From positions 416,001 to 480,000 of the forward strand of contig CAWKFG010000001.1 in assembly GCA_963848965.1 (NCBI GenBank): DNA of 64,000 nucleotides, in the 5' to 3' direction. This document shows, one piece after another, positions 10,262 to 20,088 of this stretch (positions within the stretch are counted from its first letter, which is position 1; every line of letters starts with the position of its first letter). The DNA is from an uncultured bacterium. GTDB taxonomy: Bacteria > Babelota > Babeliae > Babelales > Babelaceae. The notes beneath the pieces are model-generated. The model was not told the origin of the DNA. It worked only from the letters and a program-made list of their open reading frames with translations, and did not search any database. Made by a program: the position numbers and the translations under genes.

Positions 10262-10921
10262 TTATTTGATAGGTAATTGTTTCATCAGTTGGATACGCTC
10301 GTAGGGAGCCAGTATTAATTGAATACTCTCCCATATTAGTATGAATTTATCTGGTACTGCATCTTTAATATCTGTTAAAAATACCAGCCGATCACTAGGA
10401 TTCATGTGAGGTAATAATACTTGCAGCATATCAGTCAACTCATCAACAGACATGCTTTGATAAGTGGGAAACTCTACTCTGCGTAAAGTTTCATCGTCAT
10501 ATAATCTTTGTAGCTCTAGTAAAATAATTGTTTCTTCTTCATGAAGATGAAGAAGATTATCGCCTACAAATTTTCTATACCAAAGATAAAACTGATATCC
10601 TAACTCTATCAATTCTTCTTCTTGAGTTGCTGCACGTATAGTTTTAAGCATTGTTTGAAGATGAGCAATGGATTCATCCATATGTTCATGCTCTTTTTCA
10701 ATATCCTTATAAACAGAAGAGCCTTTATCGTATAACAGTTTATGGAACGTTTTATCTTCGTACTCAGCATGACCTTTAAGCATGCCAATAAGAAGATTAA
10801 ACTCCTTTTCTACATTCTCAACTTCAGTATGGTGCCTAAAGTCTGTTTTTGCAATCAACCGTTCTAAATCATTGAGTGCAGCACTTACATATTTATGTTC
10901 ACGATAAAATTTGTAACGCAT
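10262..10921 (-). CDS. Hemerythrin-domain protein
   Basis: EHK, GHAEYED, EHEHMD and HLHEEE HxxxE motifs. Confidence 0.85.
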   Translation of the reverse strand: MRYKFYREHKYVSAALNDLERLIAKTDFRHHTEVENVEKEFNLLIGMLKGHAEYEDKTFHKLLYDKGSSVYKDIEKEHEHMDESIAHLQTMLKTIRAATQEEELIELGYQFYLWYRKFVGDNLLHLHEEETIILLELQRLYDDETLRRVEFPTYQSMSVDELTDMLQVLLPHMNPSDRLVFLTDIKDAVPDKFILIWESIQLILAPYERIQLMKQLPIK

Positions 10922-11026
10922 ACCGTCTTTCTAGGATAACCTTAACCTATAGTATCTACTAGTATAGCTCTTTATAAAGGGGTCTTCAAGAAAGGTTTCA
11001 ATAGAAGAAGGATTTTATGAAATTAT

Positions 11027-11055
11027 TTGACTGACCGCCGGTCAATTAGTATGCT
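11027..11055 (+). promoter_or_regulatory. Sigma70 promoter with TetR-type operator
   Basis: TTGACT-17 bp-TATGCT; inverted repeat TGACCG-C-CGGTCA at 11032..11044. Confidence 0.65.
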
Positions 11056-11133
11056 AGTAAGTAAACTATGTAGAATCAGTTTTCTCCTAGCATAAGAAAA
11101 ATAAGGAGGAATTGCTTAGATAAGGGATGAGAA

Positions 11134-11527
11134 GTGGCCAGAACTGTAAAAAAACTGGCTGTACGTAGATAAGAAATACTAAAAGCTGCACGATATCTTT
11201 ATTAAAAGCTCTTTATCAGCCTGGCAATGTTGGTATGCATACTCGTCTTTTGGCTCTTACTCTTATAAAAGAGGCGTCTCTCTATGCAGAACTAATTCTG
11301 CAAGGTTGTAAAAAGGGCTCTTTAAGACAAATGCTCCTTTAGAATGTGCCGAATTTATGCTTTCTGGGATACAATTTTTGACTGATGTAGGAATTTATCC
11401 TTGATCAAACGAGGAGCTTGTGCGGCGAGCTCTCGCATTTCCTGAAATTGTTGAGGCGCTTCTTAAAGTTCCAGCAGGCTCTTTTAGATTTTTAGTCAAT
11501 AAGCTTAGTAACTTAATAAAGGAGTAA
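11134..11527 (+). pseudogene. TetR/AcrR-family regulator pseudogene
   Basis: GTG-ARTVKKLAVRR*EILKAARYL, HTH region missing, then ...YAELILQGCKKG/FKTNAPLECAEFMLSGIQFLTDVGIYP*...FPEIVEALLKVPAGSF; two in-frame stops and a frameshift. Confidence 0.75.
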
Positions 11528-11529
11528 CT

Positions 11530-12363
11530 ATGCAAACATATAAATATAGCCCGACGCAATTTTTTTTGCTTACGTTTCTAGGAACATGGATTTTTGGGTT
11601 GTTGGCTGCTTATTTTAGTTATCAGAGCGGGATAGAAAAACTGCAGTTGCTTTTGATACTGCTTGGATTATGTATGCCTTTTATTGCAGCTTTGATTATG
11701 ATCTATGGTTCAAAAAACAAGGAGCTTATTAAAGATTTTTGGAATAGATTAAGTCCGTATAGAATCAAGTTAAGTTTCCTTATAGTGATAATAATGTTTA
11801 TGCCTTCTGTGTTAGTTTTAGCGACAGCGATTTCATTGTTGTTTGGTCAATCAATAGATCAATTTGCGCTTTCTAGTGAGTATGAAGTTATGAAAAGGTG
11901 GAACATATTTAGCTTATTAATTTCACTTTTTCTAGCACCTACGTTAGAAGAGCTAGGATGGCGAGGGTATGGTGTAGATAGTCTAAGAGCTTACCTTACT
12001 CTATTTACTACCTCACTACTATTTGCTTTTCTTTGGGGAATATGGCATATACCATTGTTTTTCATTAAGGGTTATTATCAACATGAACTTTGGAAGGTAA
12101 GTATTATTTATGTTATCAATTTTTTTATGAGTATTTTTCCTGCTGTTATTTTGATGAACTGGGTATACTACAAAAATCGCCGCAGCATTACTGCAGTTAT
12201 CTTGTTTCATGCTATGATGAATCTTTCAGCTGTTCTTTTAAAGACTTCACAATGTACTAAAGGTATTATCACGCTACTTTTGCTTATAATTTCAGCAATT
12301 GTCGTTATAAACAATAAGCGGTTTTTCTTTAGTAATACTACAGATAAACAGATAGATTCATGA
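11530..12363 (+). CDS. CPBP (CAAX protease/Abi family) intramembrane metalloprotease
   Basis: EELGWRGY, LWGIWHIP and LFHAMMN motifs; multiple TM helices. Confidence 0.92.
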   Translation: MQTYKYSPTQFFLLTFLGTWIFGLLAAYFSYQSGIEKLQLLLILLGLCMPFIAALIMIYGSKNKELIKDFWNRLSPYRIKLSFLIVIIMFMPSVLVLATAISLLFGQSIDQFALSSEYEVMKRWNIFSLLISLFLAPTLEELGWRGYGVDSLRAYLTLFTTSLLFAFLWGIWHIPLFFIKGYYQHELWKVSIIYVINFFMSIFPAVILMNWVYYKNRRSITAVILFHAMMNLSAVLLKTSQCTKGIITLLLLIISAIVVINNKRFFFSNTTDKQIDS

Positions 12364-12375
12364 GGAAGGATTTTT

Positions 12376-13020
12376 ATGTGGGAATTTGGTTTCTTAGTAA
12401 CAATTATTGGTATAATAAGCTTACTTGTAATTATCTCAGTTATATGGCGTTTATATTCTAGACGTTATTCGCTTCCGTGTCCATCATGGTTAGCATGGCT
12501 AGTTGAATTAGATAACCCCTTTACTACAGTTAATCGTGCTGAAACTATTGTTCAGCATTTGGATCTCAAACCGGGTATGACTGTGGTGGATATTGGATGT
12601 GGTCCTGGTAGAGTAACTCTACCAGTTGCACGTAAAGTTAGTCCAAGTGGTGAAGTAGTAGCGATGGATATACAAGCAGATATGATTCGTCGGGTTCAGG
12701 AAAAAGCACGAACAGCGTATCTTACAAACATTACATTTCTTCATGCTGGCATTGGTGAGAAAAAATTAGAGCATAATAAGTTTGATCGAGCGTTATTGGT
12801 GACTGTTTTGGGCGAGATACCACATCGTGGAGTTGCGTTAAAAGAAATTTTTGATGGGTTAAAGCCAGGCGGTATACTTTCAGTTACTGAAATAATTTTT
12901 GATCCTCATTTTCAATCTCGTAGTGCTGTGCTTCGACTTGCAAAAGCAGTTGGGTTTAAAGAGAAAAATATGTTTGGAAATCGAATTGCATTTACCATAC
13001 ATCTAGAGAAACCTCGGTAG
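12376..13020 (+). CDS. Class I SAM-dependent methyltransferase
   Basis: VVDIGCGPG motif I; LKPGGIL; N-terminal TM segment. Confidence 0.9.
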   Translation: MWEFGFLVTIIGIISLLVIISVIWRLYSRRYSLPCPSWLAWLVELDNPFTTVNRAETIVQHLDLKPGMTVVDIGCGPGRVTLPVARKVSPSGEVVAMDIQADMIRRVQEKARTAYLTNITFLHAGIGEKKLEHNKFDRALLVTVLGEIPHRGVALKEIFDGLKPGGILSVTEIIFDPHFQSRSAVLRLAKAVGFKEKNMFGNRIAFTIHLEKPR

Positions 13021-13189
13021 TTATGTTCGTTAAATTATTGAACTGAAACTCAACGTAATCATTCTTACATAGAGTAACTAGAAAGCACAATGCGTTAGGG
13101 CTGTACTTTGACATTTGAATGCATAAGCATTATTCTGTAAAAGATTGAACGTACGTTGCTACTAATTATCTTACAAAAATTATTATGAT

Positions 13190-13849
13190 ATGAGAAAAGT
13201 TTTTTGGGATAATCCCTATCAGAATAAGTTAACCACTAAAGTTGCATCAGTTGAAAACAATCAGCTTTTATTTGATGAAACAATTATCTTTTCTTTTTGT
13301 GGTGGCCAAGAAAGTGATAAAGCCTATATTAATGAGCTTTCTATACTAAGTTCAAGAATGGAAGGTACTCTTATTTATTATATGTTGCCAGATGATCATG
13401 GCCTTTCAAAGAACGATGAAGTTACTATGGCTATTGATTGGCCTCGTAGATATAGGCTTATGCGGTTACATTTTGCTGCAGAACTGGTACTTGAGATTGT
13501 TACACAAAAGTATAATCTTGAAAAAGTTGGTGCCTATATTGCAGAAACTAAGGCTCGAATAGATTTCAAATCTGATAAAAATGTTTCAACGTTTTTTGAT
13601 GATATACTGGCTCACTATAATGAGATAATACAAAGTAATAAGCTGATCCAAACCGGTTTTTCTCATGTTGAAAGTCAAAGGCGTTTTTGGAAGATTGATG
13701 ACTTTGCTCAAGTACCTTGTGGAGGAACTCATGTTAAATCAACAGCTGAGGTAGGATTTGTGAATCTCAAAAGAGATCGTCCAGGTAAATCGATAGAAAG
13801 AATCGAAATAAGGCTTGTTGATGACTTTGTTCCTCAAAGTCTCTATTAA
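13190..13849 (+). CDS. AlaX-type alanyl-tRNA editing protein
   Basis: GGQESD, IDWPRRYRLMRLH and VPCGGTHV motifs. Confidence 0.9.
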   Translation: MRKVFWDNPYQNKLTTKVASVENNQLLFDETIIFSFCGGQESDKAYINELSILSSRMEGTLIYYMLPDDHGLSKNDEVTMAIDWPRRYRLMRLHFAAELVLEIVTQKYNLEKVGAYIAETKARIDFKSDKNVSTFFDDILAHYNEIIQSNKLIQTGFSHVESQRRFWKIDDFAQVPCGGTHVKSTAEVGFVNLKRDRPGKSIERIEIRLVDDFVPQSLY

Positions 13850-13908
13850 TATTATCTTAACTGTAGGTCAACTGCTCTCTAATAGCTATATATTAGAAGA
13901 AGTACTAG

Positions 13909-14772
13909 TTATTTCAATATTTTGACTTCATCTACAACCATATCCCAAGAACTATTTTTTGGCTTTTCTGGATCATCTTTTTTCTGAGCATTTAGTGTTA
14001 TATAGCCATTCTTTTCATAGAGATTTTTTATCCACTGTGGCTTTTCTATAATACACTGTAAAGATTTATAGCTTTTTGGATCTATTAACTCGATAAGAAA
14101 GTTGCTATCTGGTCTTACTGTAATATTCCAATAGCGCGATATTTCTGGATGTTTAAGAGCTTCTTCTACAGCTGCACAATCGCCATCGATTGTTTTACAT
14201 CTTCCAGTATTTGTAGGATCGGGCCAGTTACACCATTTTTCTTTTTGTTTTTCTATCTCATGTGGAGGAAGCTCTTTTTTCTTTAACTCTTCTGGTAATA
14301 TGTTGCAATTTCCGCAAAGATAGAAGAGCCCTTGTGGCTTGTCTGCAGGAACTTTCTCTGGAAAAACCCATCCATACTCATCACCGCCGTTATAACATTT
14401 ATCTTCATGGAAATAATATGCAAATTGATTTGCCATAGAATTAGTAGCATAGTTTTTCTTTATAAGACCTTTAAAAGATATACCAGAAATTTTATCATGC
14501 TTGTCACTGAGCCACCGATTACTTGTTGTTCTATAGGGATTGTTAGGGCATCCTTCTTCTTTTGCTGTAGCATACCACTGCTGCTTTGTAACAGGAAAGG
14601 ATACTGAATAGTGAGATGTTTTTGTAAGTGAAAAGGGCGTTTGGCTTGGATAGGTATAGTTATACGGCAAAGTAATGGCAGTCCAATGCTTTTTTGGACC
14701 TTCTTTGGGTATTTCCATACCATAAGTAACGAGGAAAAAAGAATTAATTATAACAATGAAAAAGTACTTCAT
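13909..14772 (-). CDS. Secreted hypothetical protein, Cys/Trp-containing
   Basis: Signal peptide ...TYG|MEIPK; 287 aa ORF with AAGGA RBS. Confidence 0.75.
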   Translation of the reverse strand: MKYFFIVIINSFFLVTYGMEIPKEGPKKHWTAITLPYNYTYPSQTPFSLTKTSHYSVSFPVTKQQWYATAKEEGCPNNPYRTTSNRWLSDKHDKISGISFKGLIKKNYATNSMANQFAYYFHEDKCYNGGDEYGWVFPEKVPADKPQGLFYLCGNCNILPEELKKKELPPHEIEKQKEKWCNWPDPTNTGRCKTIDGDCAAVEEALKHPEISRYWNITVRPDSNFLIELIDPKSYKSLQCIIEKPQWIKNLYEKNGYITLNAQKKDDPEKPKNSSWDMVVDEVKILK

Positions 14773-14996
14773 AGACTATTCCTTATCTTTACTGTTTTTA
14801 TTCTTAATAGTATATATTTATGGTTGGTTGTAGTTCAATAGTTTTTGTGTTGTAACGAGGACTTGTTTTGAGGGAAGTTTAGTCTTTGCGGTAATAATAA
14901 CTTAACGACAAAGAATAGCCTTTTTGATAAAAAATCATAAAAATACTATACTATACAACATATTTATTAATGATCTTTAAGTTTGAAAGTAATCCT

Positions 14997-16397
14997 ATGA
15001 GCAAAATTAATCTTTTACTAAAAACATTTCTGATAAACATTGTTACACTTTTATCATACAGTACTTATTCTTTTGTTTCGTTCTATCTTCTTAAAAATGA
15101 TAAAGGAGAAGTTATTCTTATTTTGGGTGATTATCACTATGAAGAATCTTTAGCACAGAAAAATAAAGAGCATATAGATCTTTTTATTAAAAAGGCATTA
15201 GAGTCCAGCAATGCTACTATTCCTTGTGTTGTTGAATTAGATAAAAATTTTGAGCCTGCTTTTAGAGGAGAAACTCTTCCTGCTGGTCTTGAAATGGCAG
15301 ATACTATAGCTCATTTAGCTTCTTATGCTTCAAAAGGAATAGCGCATGAAAAGCTTCAGTTTGTTCCTTATGATTCACGAAACTTTGATTCCATCCTTCT
15401 TGTAGCGGCAATGAGATGGTTGAGCCAATTGTTACCTCATGCGCAAGCGCAAAAATCTTTATTTTCTCGTGAACACTGGAACTCAAAAGTTAAGCCCAAT
15501 TTTCTTCATACACCAGAAGCTCAAAATTATACGGTAAAAGATTATTTTACCCAGCTTGATCAAAATGCTTTCTATATTAAGAGCCTTGCAGAAAAGTATA
15601 GCACGCATTCTTTTTACGCTTCAGTATTTAAAGAATTATATGACAAGTTTTTACAAGCGATAGAGCAAGCAAAAAACTATTTTACAAGGTCCTCCGCTGA
15701 TAGGTCGATGATTTTGGCAGTACTAGACTCGTTTGATGATTATTTAGAACCATCTAAATTTTTACAGAAGTATGAAGAGTTTAATAATACCCTTTTAATG
15801 TCGCTTGATTACTTATATTTTGATATTTGTTGCCTTGATAAAGTGTTGTCCTTATGCCCACAAACTTCAAATAAACTAGTAGTAATGGCAGGAATAGCTC
15901 ATGCAGCAGCTCTTTGTAATCAGCTTAAAAAAGTTGGGTATAAAAGTATCTTACAAGAGGTTCATGAAGCTCATATAGAAGGCACCGCAGGCTTCTTTTC
16001 AGCAGATCTAGCCTATCTTGAATTAGCCTTAATGCTCTTTTTTTCTCAAGGACATATACCAAATACAATATTACCAAAACTAGAAGAATCAACTCGCTTT
16101 GCAGCAGAGGCTTTTAAAGAAAGAGTGACCAGAGGCATTGAAAAATATGCTCAGCTAGGACTACTGCAAAAGCCAGTTAAACAAGCTACATCTGAAACTC
16201 TACCATCAGATTTTAAAGCACTTAAAGTTGAAGAACAGCCTTCAGTTTCGGTACCTGATTCTCGTTGTCATAACAATGGATGTCAAAAAAAAGCAACAAG
16301 TACTTGTACGCGCTGTAAAAAAGCTCGTTATTGTAGTAAAGAATGTCAACTAACAGATTGGTCTAAACAGCATAAATTAGTATGTAAACCAACATAA
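14997..16397 (+). CDS. Secreted protein with putative EreA/ChaN-like N-terminal domain and C-terminal zf-MYND
   Basis: ILGDYH, CVVE, YDSR and VVMAGIAH motifs; C-terminal CHNNGC..CTRCKKARYCSKECQLTDWSKQHKLVC; ORF open from 14970. Confidence 0.8.
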   Translation: MSKINLLLKTFLINIVTLLSYSTYSFVSFYLLKNDKGEVILILGDYHYEESLAQKNKEHIDLFIKKALESSNATIPCVVELDKNFEPAFRGETLPAGLEMADTIAHLASYASKGIAHEKLQFVPYDSRNFDSILLVAAMRWLSQLLPHAQAQKSLFSREHWNSKVKPNFLHTPEAQNYTVKDYFTQLDQNAFYIKSLAEKYSTHSFYASVFKELYDKFLQAIEQAKNYFTRSSADRSMILAVLDSFDDYLEPSKFLQKYEEFNNTLLMSLDYLYFDICCLDKVLSLCPQTSNKLVVMAGIAHAAALCNQLKKVGYKSILQEVHEAHIEGTAGFFSADLAYLELALMLFFSQGHIPNTILPKLEESTRFAAEAFKERVTRGIEKYAQLGLLQKPVKQATSETLPSDFKALKVEEQPSVSVPDSRCHNNGCQKKATSTCTRCKKARYCSKECQLTDWSKQHKLVCKPT

Positions 16398-16423
16398 AAG
16401 TTTACGCAAAATGATGTAAGTCT

Positions 16424-16458
16424 TATAGAGGAGCTCTGCTATCTAGAGCTCCTCTATA
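16424..16458 (+). terminator. Rho-independent terminator
   Basis: TATAGAGGAGCTCT-7 nt-AGAGCTCCTCTATA followed by a T-run. Confidence 0.7.
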
Positions 16459-16531
16459 TTTTGACATTATTATAGAGAGCGTTATGATAAAAATTGACAA
16501 GATACTTTCGCCATACGTTAAAAGGAGCTGT

Positions 16532-16687
16532 ATGATAAGCAAAAAAAGCTGTAGTGCTAAAATTACGCATAAAAAAGTATGTCAAGAACTAGGTAAAGCA
16601 GCTGTTCTTACCTTAGGACAATGGGATCGATCATTTTCAGAACTTGCTCGTCCAAATGCTTGGCCAGAATGGGCTAAACGTAAATAA
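16532..16687 (+). CDS. Putative lasso peptide precursor (copy 1)
   Basis: AAAGGAG RBS; MISKKSCSAKITHKKVCQELGKAAVLTL|GQWDRSFSELARPNAWPEWAKRK; promoter-like TTGACA-16 bp-TATGAT at 16461..16488; paralog at 32461..32619. Confidence 0.7.
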   Translation: MISKKSCSAKITHKKVCQELGKAAVLTLGQWDRSFSELARPNAWPEWAKRK

Positions 16688-16799
16688 ATAACAATTCTTT
16701 TTTATTTATAGGTACTGCTATCACTATAAAATGTAAAATGAGACCGTACTTGCATACTAGATGTCTATTGGCTGCTCGTTATGATTTTAATATTTTTGT

Positions 16800-16828
16800 T
16801 TGACGTTATAGTTTCTTTGTGCTACTAT
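16800..16828 (+). promoter_or_regulatory. Sigma70-like promoter upstream of the ABC exporter
   Basis: TTGACG-17 bp-TACTAT with an extended -10 TG. Confidence 0.45.
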
Positions 16829-16989
16829 TTTCAATTAATAAACAAAATGTAAGCCTAAACTTCAGAGCTTACTCCCTATATGTCACTACCCTTACGTTGA
16901 GGTTGTATCATGAAATTCCAAGCTTTTTTAATACAAAGATAAGAGATTAATAAAAAGCTTTTCTATTCTTAATTTATTTAAGGAATTTC

Positions 16990-17928
16990 ATGGATATTCT
17001 TAAAGTAAAGGGCTTATCTAAAGTCTATACTTCTGGCTTTTGGCCATTCAGGGTACAACAACAGCACACTGTCGTTAATACTATTTCTTTCACTATTAAA
17101 AAAGGTGAGATTCTTGGCCTTCTTGGTCCAAATGGGGCTGGCAAAACTACAGTTATTCAAATGCTTCTGGGTACCTTATTGCCTAGTAAAGGAGCAATTA
17201 CCTATTTTGGTGTTGATTTTAAACAGCATAGAATAGCCGTTCTTAAGAGAATTGGTTATGCAAGTGGGTACGATAAATTAGCTTCTCAGTTAACTATAGC
17301 TGAGAATCTTGATATTGTTGGGCGAATTTATGGTATTGCACAACCCTTAAGGCAAGAGCGTATTAAAGAACTCTTAACCTTTTTTGGTATATGGCATATG
17401 AAGGATTATAAAACAGGAGTACTTTCAGCTGGTCAAAGTACAAGAGTTTTGCTTGCAAAGGCTTTTATTGCAGATCCTGAAATTGTTTTACTTGATGAAC
17501 CAACAGCAGCTTTAGATCCTGATATTGCTCATGAAGTACGTCAGTTTATTTTACGACAATGTGAAGAAAAGGCTATTTCTGTTTTGATTACCTCACATAA
17601 TATGGATGAGGTTACAGAGCTATGTGACAGGGTGCTTGTTCTTAAAAAAGGAATAATTATTGCAGATAATACGCCTGAAGAGCTTGCTCAGTCAACTTCA
17701 AAGGTCAAACTTCACCTTACTATTTTAAATAAGCTTGATCTTCTCCTTGCGTACCTGCAAGAGGGTGGATTGAGGTATACTATTCAAGGAATGAATGTAA
17801 CAATTGAGTTAGATGAATTGGCAGTTTCGCAGTTTCTTTCAGTAGTGAGTGAAATGAAAGTTAGCTATTCTCATATTTTTATTGATAAGCCAACGCTTGA
17901 AGATTATTTCTTAAGTATTTCTAAATAA
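16990..17928 (+). CDS. ABC transporter ATP-binding protein (DrrA-like exporter)
   Basis: GPNGAGKT Walker A, LSAGQ signature, LLDEPT Walker B, TSH, C-terminal PTLEDYFL. Confidence 0.93.
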   Translation: MDILKVKGLSKVYTSGFWPFRVQQQHTVVNTISFTIKKGEILGLLGPNGAGKTTVIQMLLGTLLPSKGAITYFGVDFKQHRIAVLKRIGYASGYDKLASQLTIAENLDIVGRIYGIAQPLRQERIKELLTFFGIWHMKDYKTGVLSAGQSTRVLLAKAFIADPEIVLLDEPTAALDPDIAHEVRQFILRQCEEKAISVLITSHNMDEVTELCDRVLVLKKGIIIADNTPEELAQSTSKVKLHLTILNKLDLLLAYLQEGGLRYTIQGMNVTIELDELAVSQFLSVVSEMKVSYSHIFIDKPTLEDYFLSISK

Positions 17929-17940
17929 AAAAGGAAACAT

Positions 17941-18735
17941 ATGATTTCATTTACTTCTGTTTGGGCAGTAGTGCTCCGTCATGTTCGTATGTGGAAGCGA
18001 GATCCTAATTATATACTGGGCGGATTTTACTGGCCTTTTCTGGATATATTAATTTGGGGCTTCGTAGGTGCCTGGATTCAAAGGTCACAGATAGGCCACT
18101 TTAGCAATTATGAAAGTGTGGCATTGCTCGCAATTCTTTTATGGCAGGTAATAGGACGAGGATGTAATATTATTTCTATCTCATTGTGTGAAGAACTATG
18201 GTCTCGTAACATAGTGAATGTATTTTCATTGCCATTAAGAATATCTGAGTGGATGCTAGGAATAATACTATTTAATGCGTTAATGATGTTTATTCTCTTT
18301 TTATTCTGCACAGGAGTTATATATTTCTTCTATAATGTGTCACTATGGTATATTGTTTCAACATTCTTTATGTTTATGCCACCACTTTTTCTTTCAAGTA
18401 TCTGGATAGGCTTTACGTGCCTACAGATTATAATTACCTTGGGACGAAGAGGTGCAGAGTTTGGTTTTATCATTGGGTGGTTCTTTATGCCTTTTAGTGG
18501 AGCTTTTTATCCACTAGAAGTATTACCCTCTTGGGCACAGACATTCAGTAAACTTTTACCTATGAGTTACGTCTTTCAAGGAATGCGAGCATATTTAATG
18601 CATCAGCAAGATCCAACTCCTTATTTAATTAAGGGATATGCTTTAAGTTTGGTTTTTGCAACTTATTCAGCGTTATTATTTATCTACTGCTTTAATAAAA
18701 GTAGGCAAAAAGGTCTTGCTCGGTTATCTGATTAA
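17941..18735 (+). CDS. ABC-2 type transporter permease
   Basis: About 6 TM helices; FSGAFYPLEVLPSWAQ..S.LLP.SY motif; follows the ATPase gene. Confidence 0.92.
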   Translation: MISFTSVWAVVLRHVRMWKRDPNYILGGFYWPFLDILIWGFVGAWIQRSQIGHFSNYESVALLAILLWQVIGRGCNIISISLCEELWSRNIVNVFSLPLRISEWMLGIILFNALMMFILFLFCTGVIYFFYNVSLWYIVSTFFMFMPPLFLSSIWIGFTCLQIIITLGRRGAEFGFIIGWFFMPFSGAFYPLEVLPSWAQTFSKLLPMSYVFQGMRAYLMHQQDPTPYLIKGYALSLVFATYSALLFIYCFNKSRQKGLARLSD

Positions 18736-18808
18736 AAATGCTGGCAGACAACTCAAGCTTCTAAAGTACTATGTAAGCTCGAGCTGTTTCTGTCAGTTTT
18801 ATAAAACA

Positions 18809-19864
18809 CTATTCTTTAAGAAGCTCACAGGCGTCCTTTAATGGATCAGGATTATTTTCTTTAAGTTTGTGACCAAGAGCAGTGAGATAATTTTTTGTTC
18901 CAATGAGGTATATCCACGTGTATTCTAGTACTTTGCCGTATAGAATAATATAAGGAGAATAATCTTGTAATGCTGTTAGCCCAGGAATAAAAAGGCCGCG
19001 AAAATTTTGTTTAAGATGTACTTGATTCTTTAGAAGCCTTTTTTCGTCGTTCTCTGTAGGATCATAATACACTGGTTGTACGCCAAGCATAAGAGCGATT
19101 TCATTTAATTGTTGCGGCCAAGAAACCTGTTTTTTTTCCCATACTCGCTCTATCCATGCTTGTACGTCGTTTTTCTCATGAATACCTGTTTGCGGTACAA
19201 TAAATGTGCTTACAAATTGAGGAGAAAGCTGAATTTCTTTTTCGTAACATTTGTATATAAATGGTAAAGGTAGCAATGGGTCAGTAGTTCCTAGCCAAGC
19301 ATAGGAGGATGAGGAATCACTCGCATTTTTTCGTATAATATAAAAGAGTTCATTGGAATAACGCTTATAAATTTCCTTATAGGGAGTATAGTTCTCAAAA
19401 TCTATACATGTTTGTTCTTGGTGGTATACATTAAAAGTTGTAGGCTTTATCCCTAGTAAGGTATAAAGAAATGGTACATCATTAAACTCGAAAAAGTTAG
19501 AGCATTCTGCGTTATATCGTACACGGATGTTACCACTTTTTATCGTTATTTCCTTTTTCAGTTGCTCAATGAAGGGCTTTACCAGTTGTAGCTTATTCTT
19601 AAACTTCTCAAATCGCTTATTCCATTGAAAGATATGTATCTTCAGGTCTTGAGGTAAGCTGCTTACGTAGAAGTCTATATCTTTTTCTAGCGCAGTAAGA
19701 AAGTTTTTCTCAAAATCAGCAGTGAGTTGCGCTGCTTGGTTTTGCCATAATAGGCATGCTGCTTTATGAAGATAGTCATTACTTGTAAGTAGTTCTACCT
19801 CCATAGAATAAAGATTAATCCCTAAAACCAGAGATGTTATAAAAGCTATTGTTTTTTTAAACAT
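18809..19864 (-). CDS. Secreted hypothetical protein (F-box-like segment)
   Basis: Signal peptide ...LYS|MEVE; SSLPQDLKIHIFQW. Confidence 0.75.
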   Translation of the reverse strand: MFKKTIAFITSLVLGINLYSMEVELLTSNDYLHKAACLLWQNQAAQLTADFEKNFLTALEKDIDFYVSSLPQDLKIHIFQWNKRFEKFKNKLQLVKPFIEQLKKEITIKSGNIRVRYNAECSNFFEFNDVPFLYTLLGIKPTTFNVYHQEQTCIDFENYTPYKEIYKRYSNELFYIIRKNASDSSSSYAWLGTTDPLLPLPFIYKCYEKEIQLSPQFVSTFIVPQTGIHEKNDVQAWIERVWEKKQVSWPQQLNEIALMLGVQPVYYDPTENDEKRLLKNQVHLKQNFRGLFIPGLTALQDYSPYIILYGKVLEYTWIYLIGTKNYLTALGHKLKENNPDPLKDACELLKE

Positions 19865-20088
19865 ATTTATCCTTTTATTGATAGCAGCTTGTTGTTATTG
19901 CTAGTCTGAAATTAATTATAATATATCATATGTAACTCGTAACCGCAACTTGTAAGGCTGAGCTTATAGGGCAATTTTTGGGCTTACTGCTGCAGTCTTG
20001 ACCCGCGGCTAATAAGCATTATTGACTTTTATGGGGTATGCTATAAAATTATTATAAATACAAGTAAGAAATATTAATGGGATAATCT

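Noticed and set aside
16484..16531. Longer 67-aa version of the lasso-like ORF given in the track
   Set aside because: The upstream ATG lies inside the predicted -10 box and lacks an RBS; ATG 16532 has AAAGGAG and matches the paralog's length
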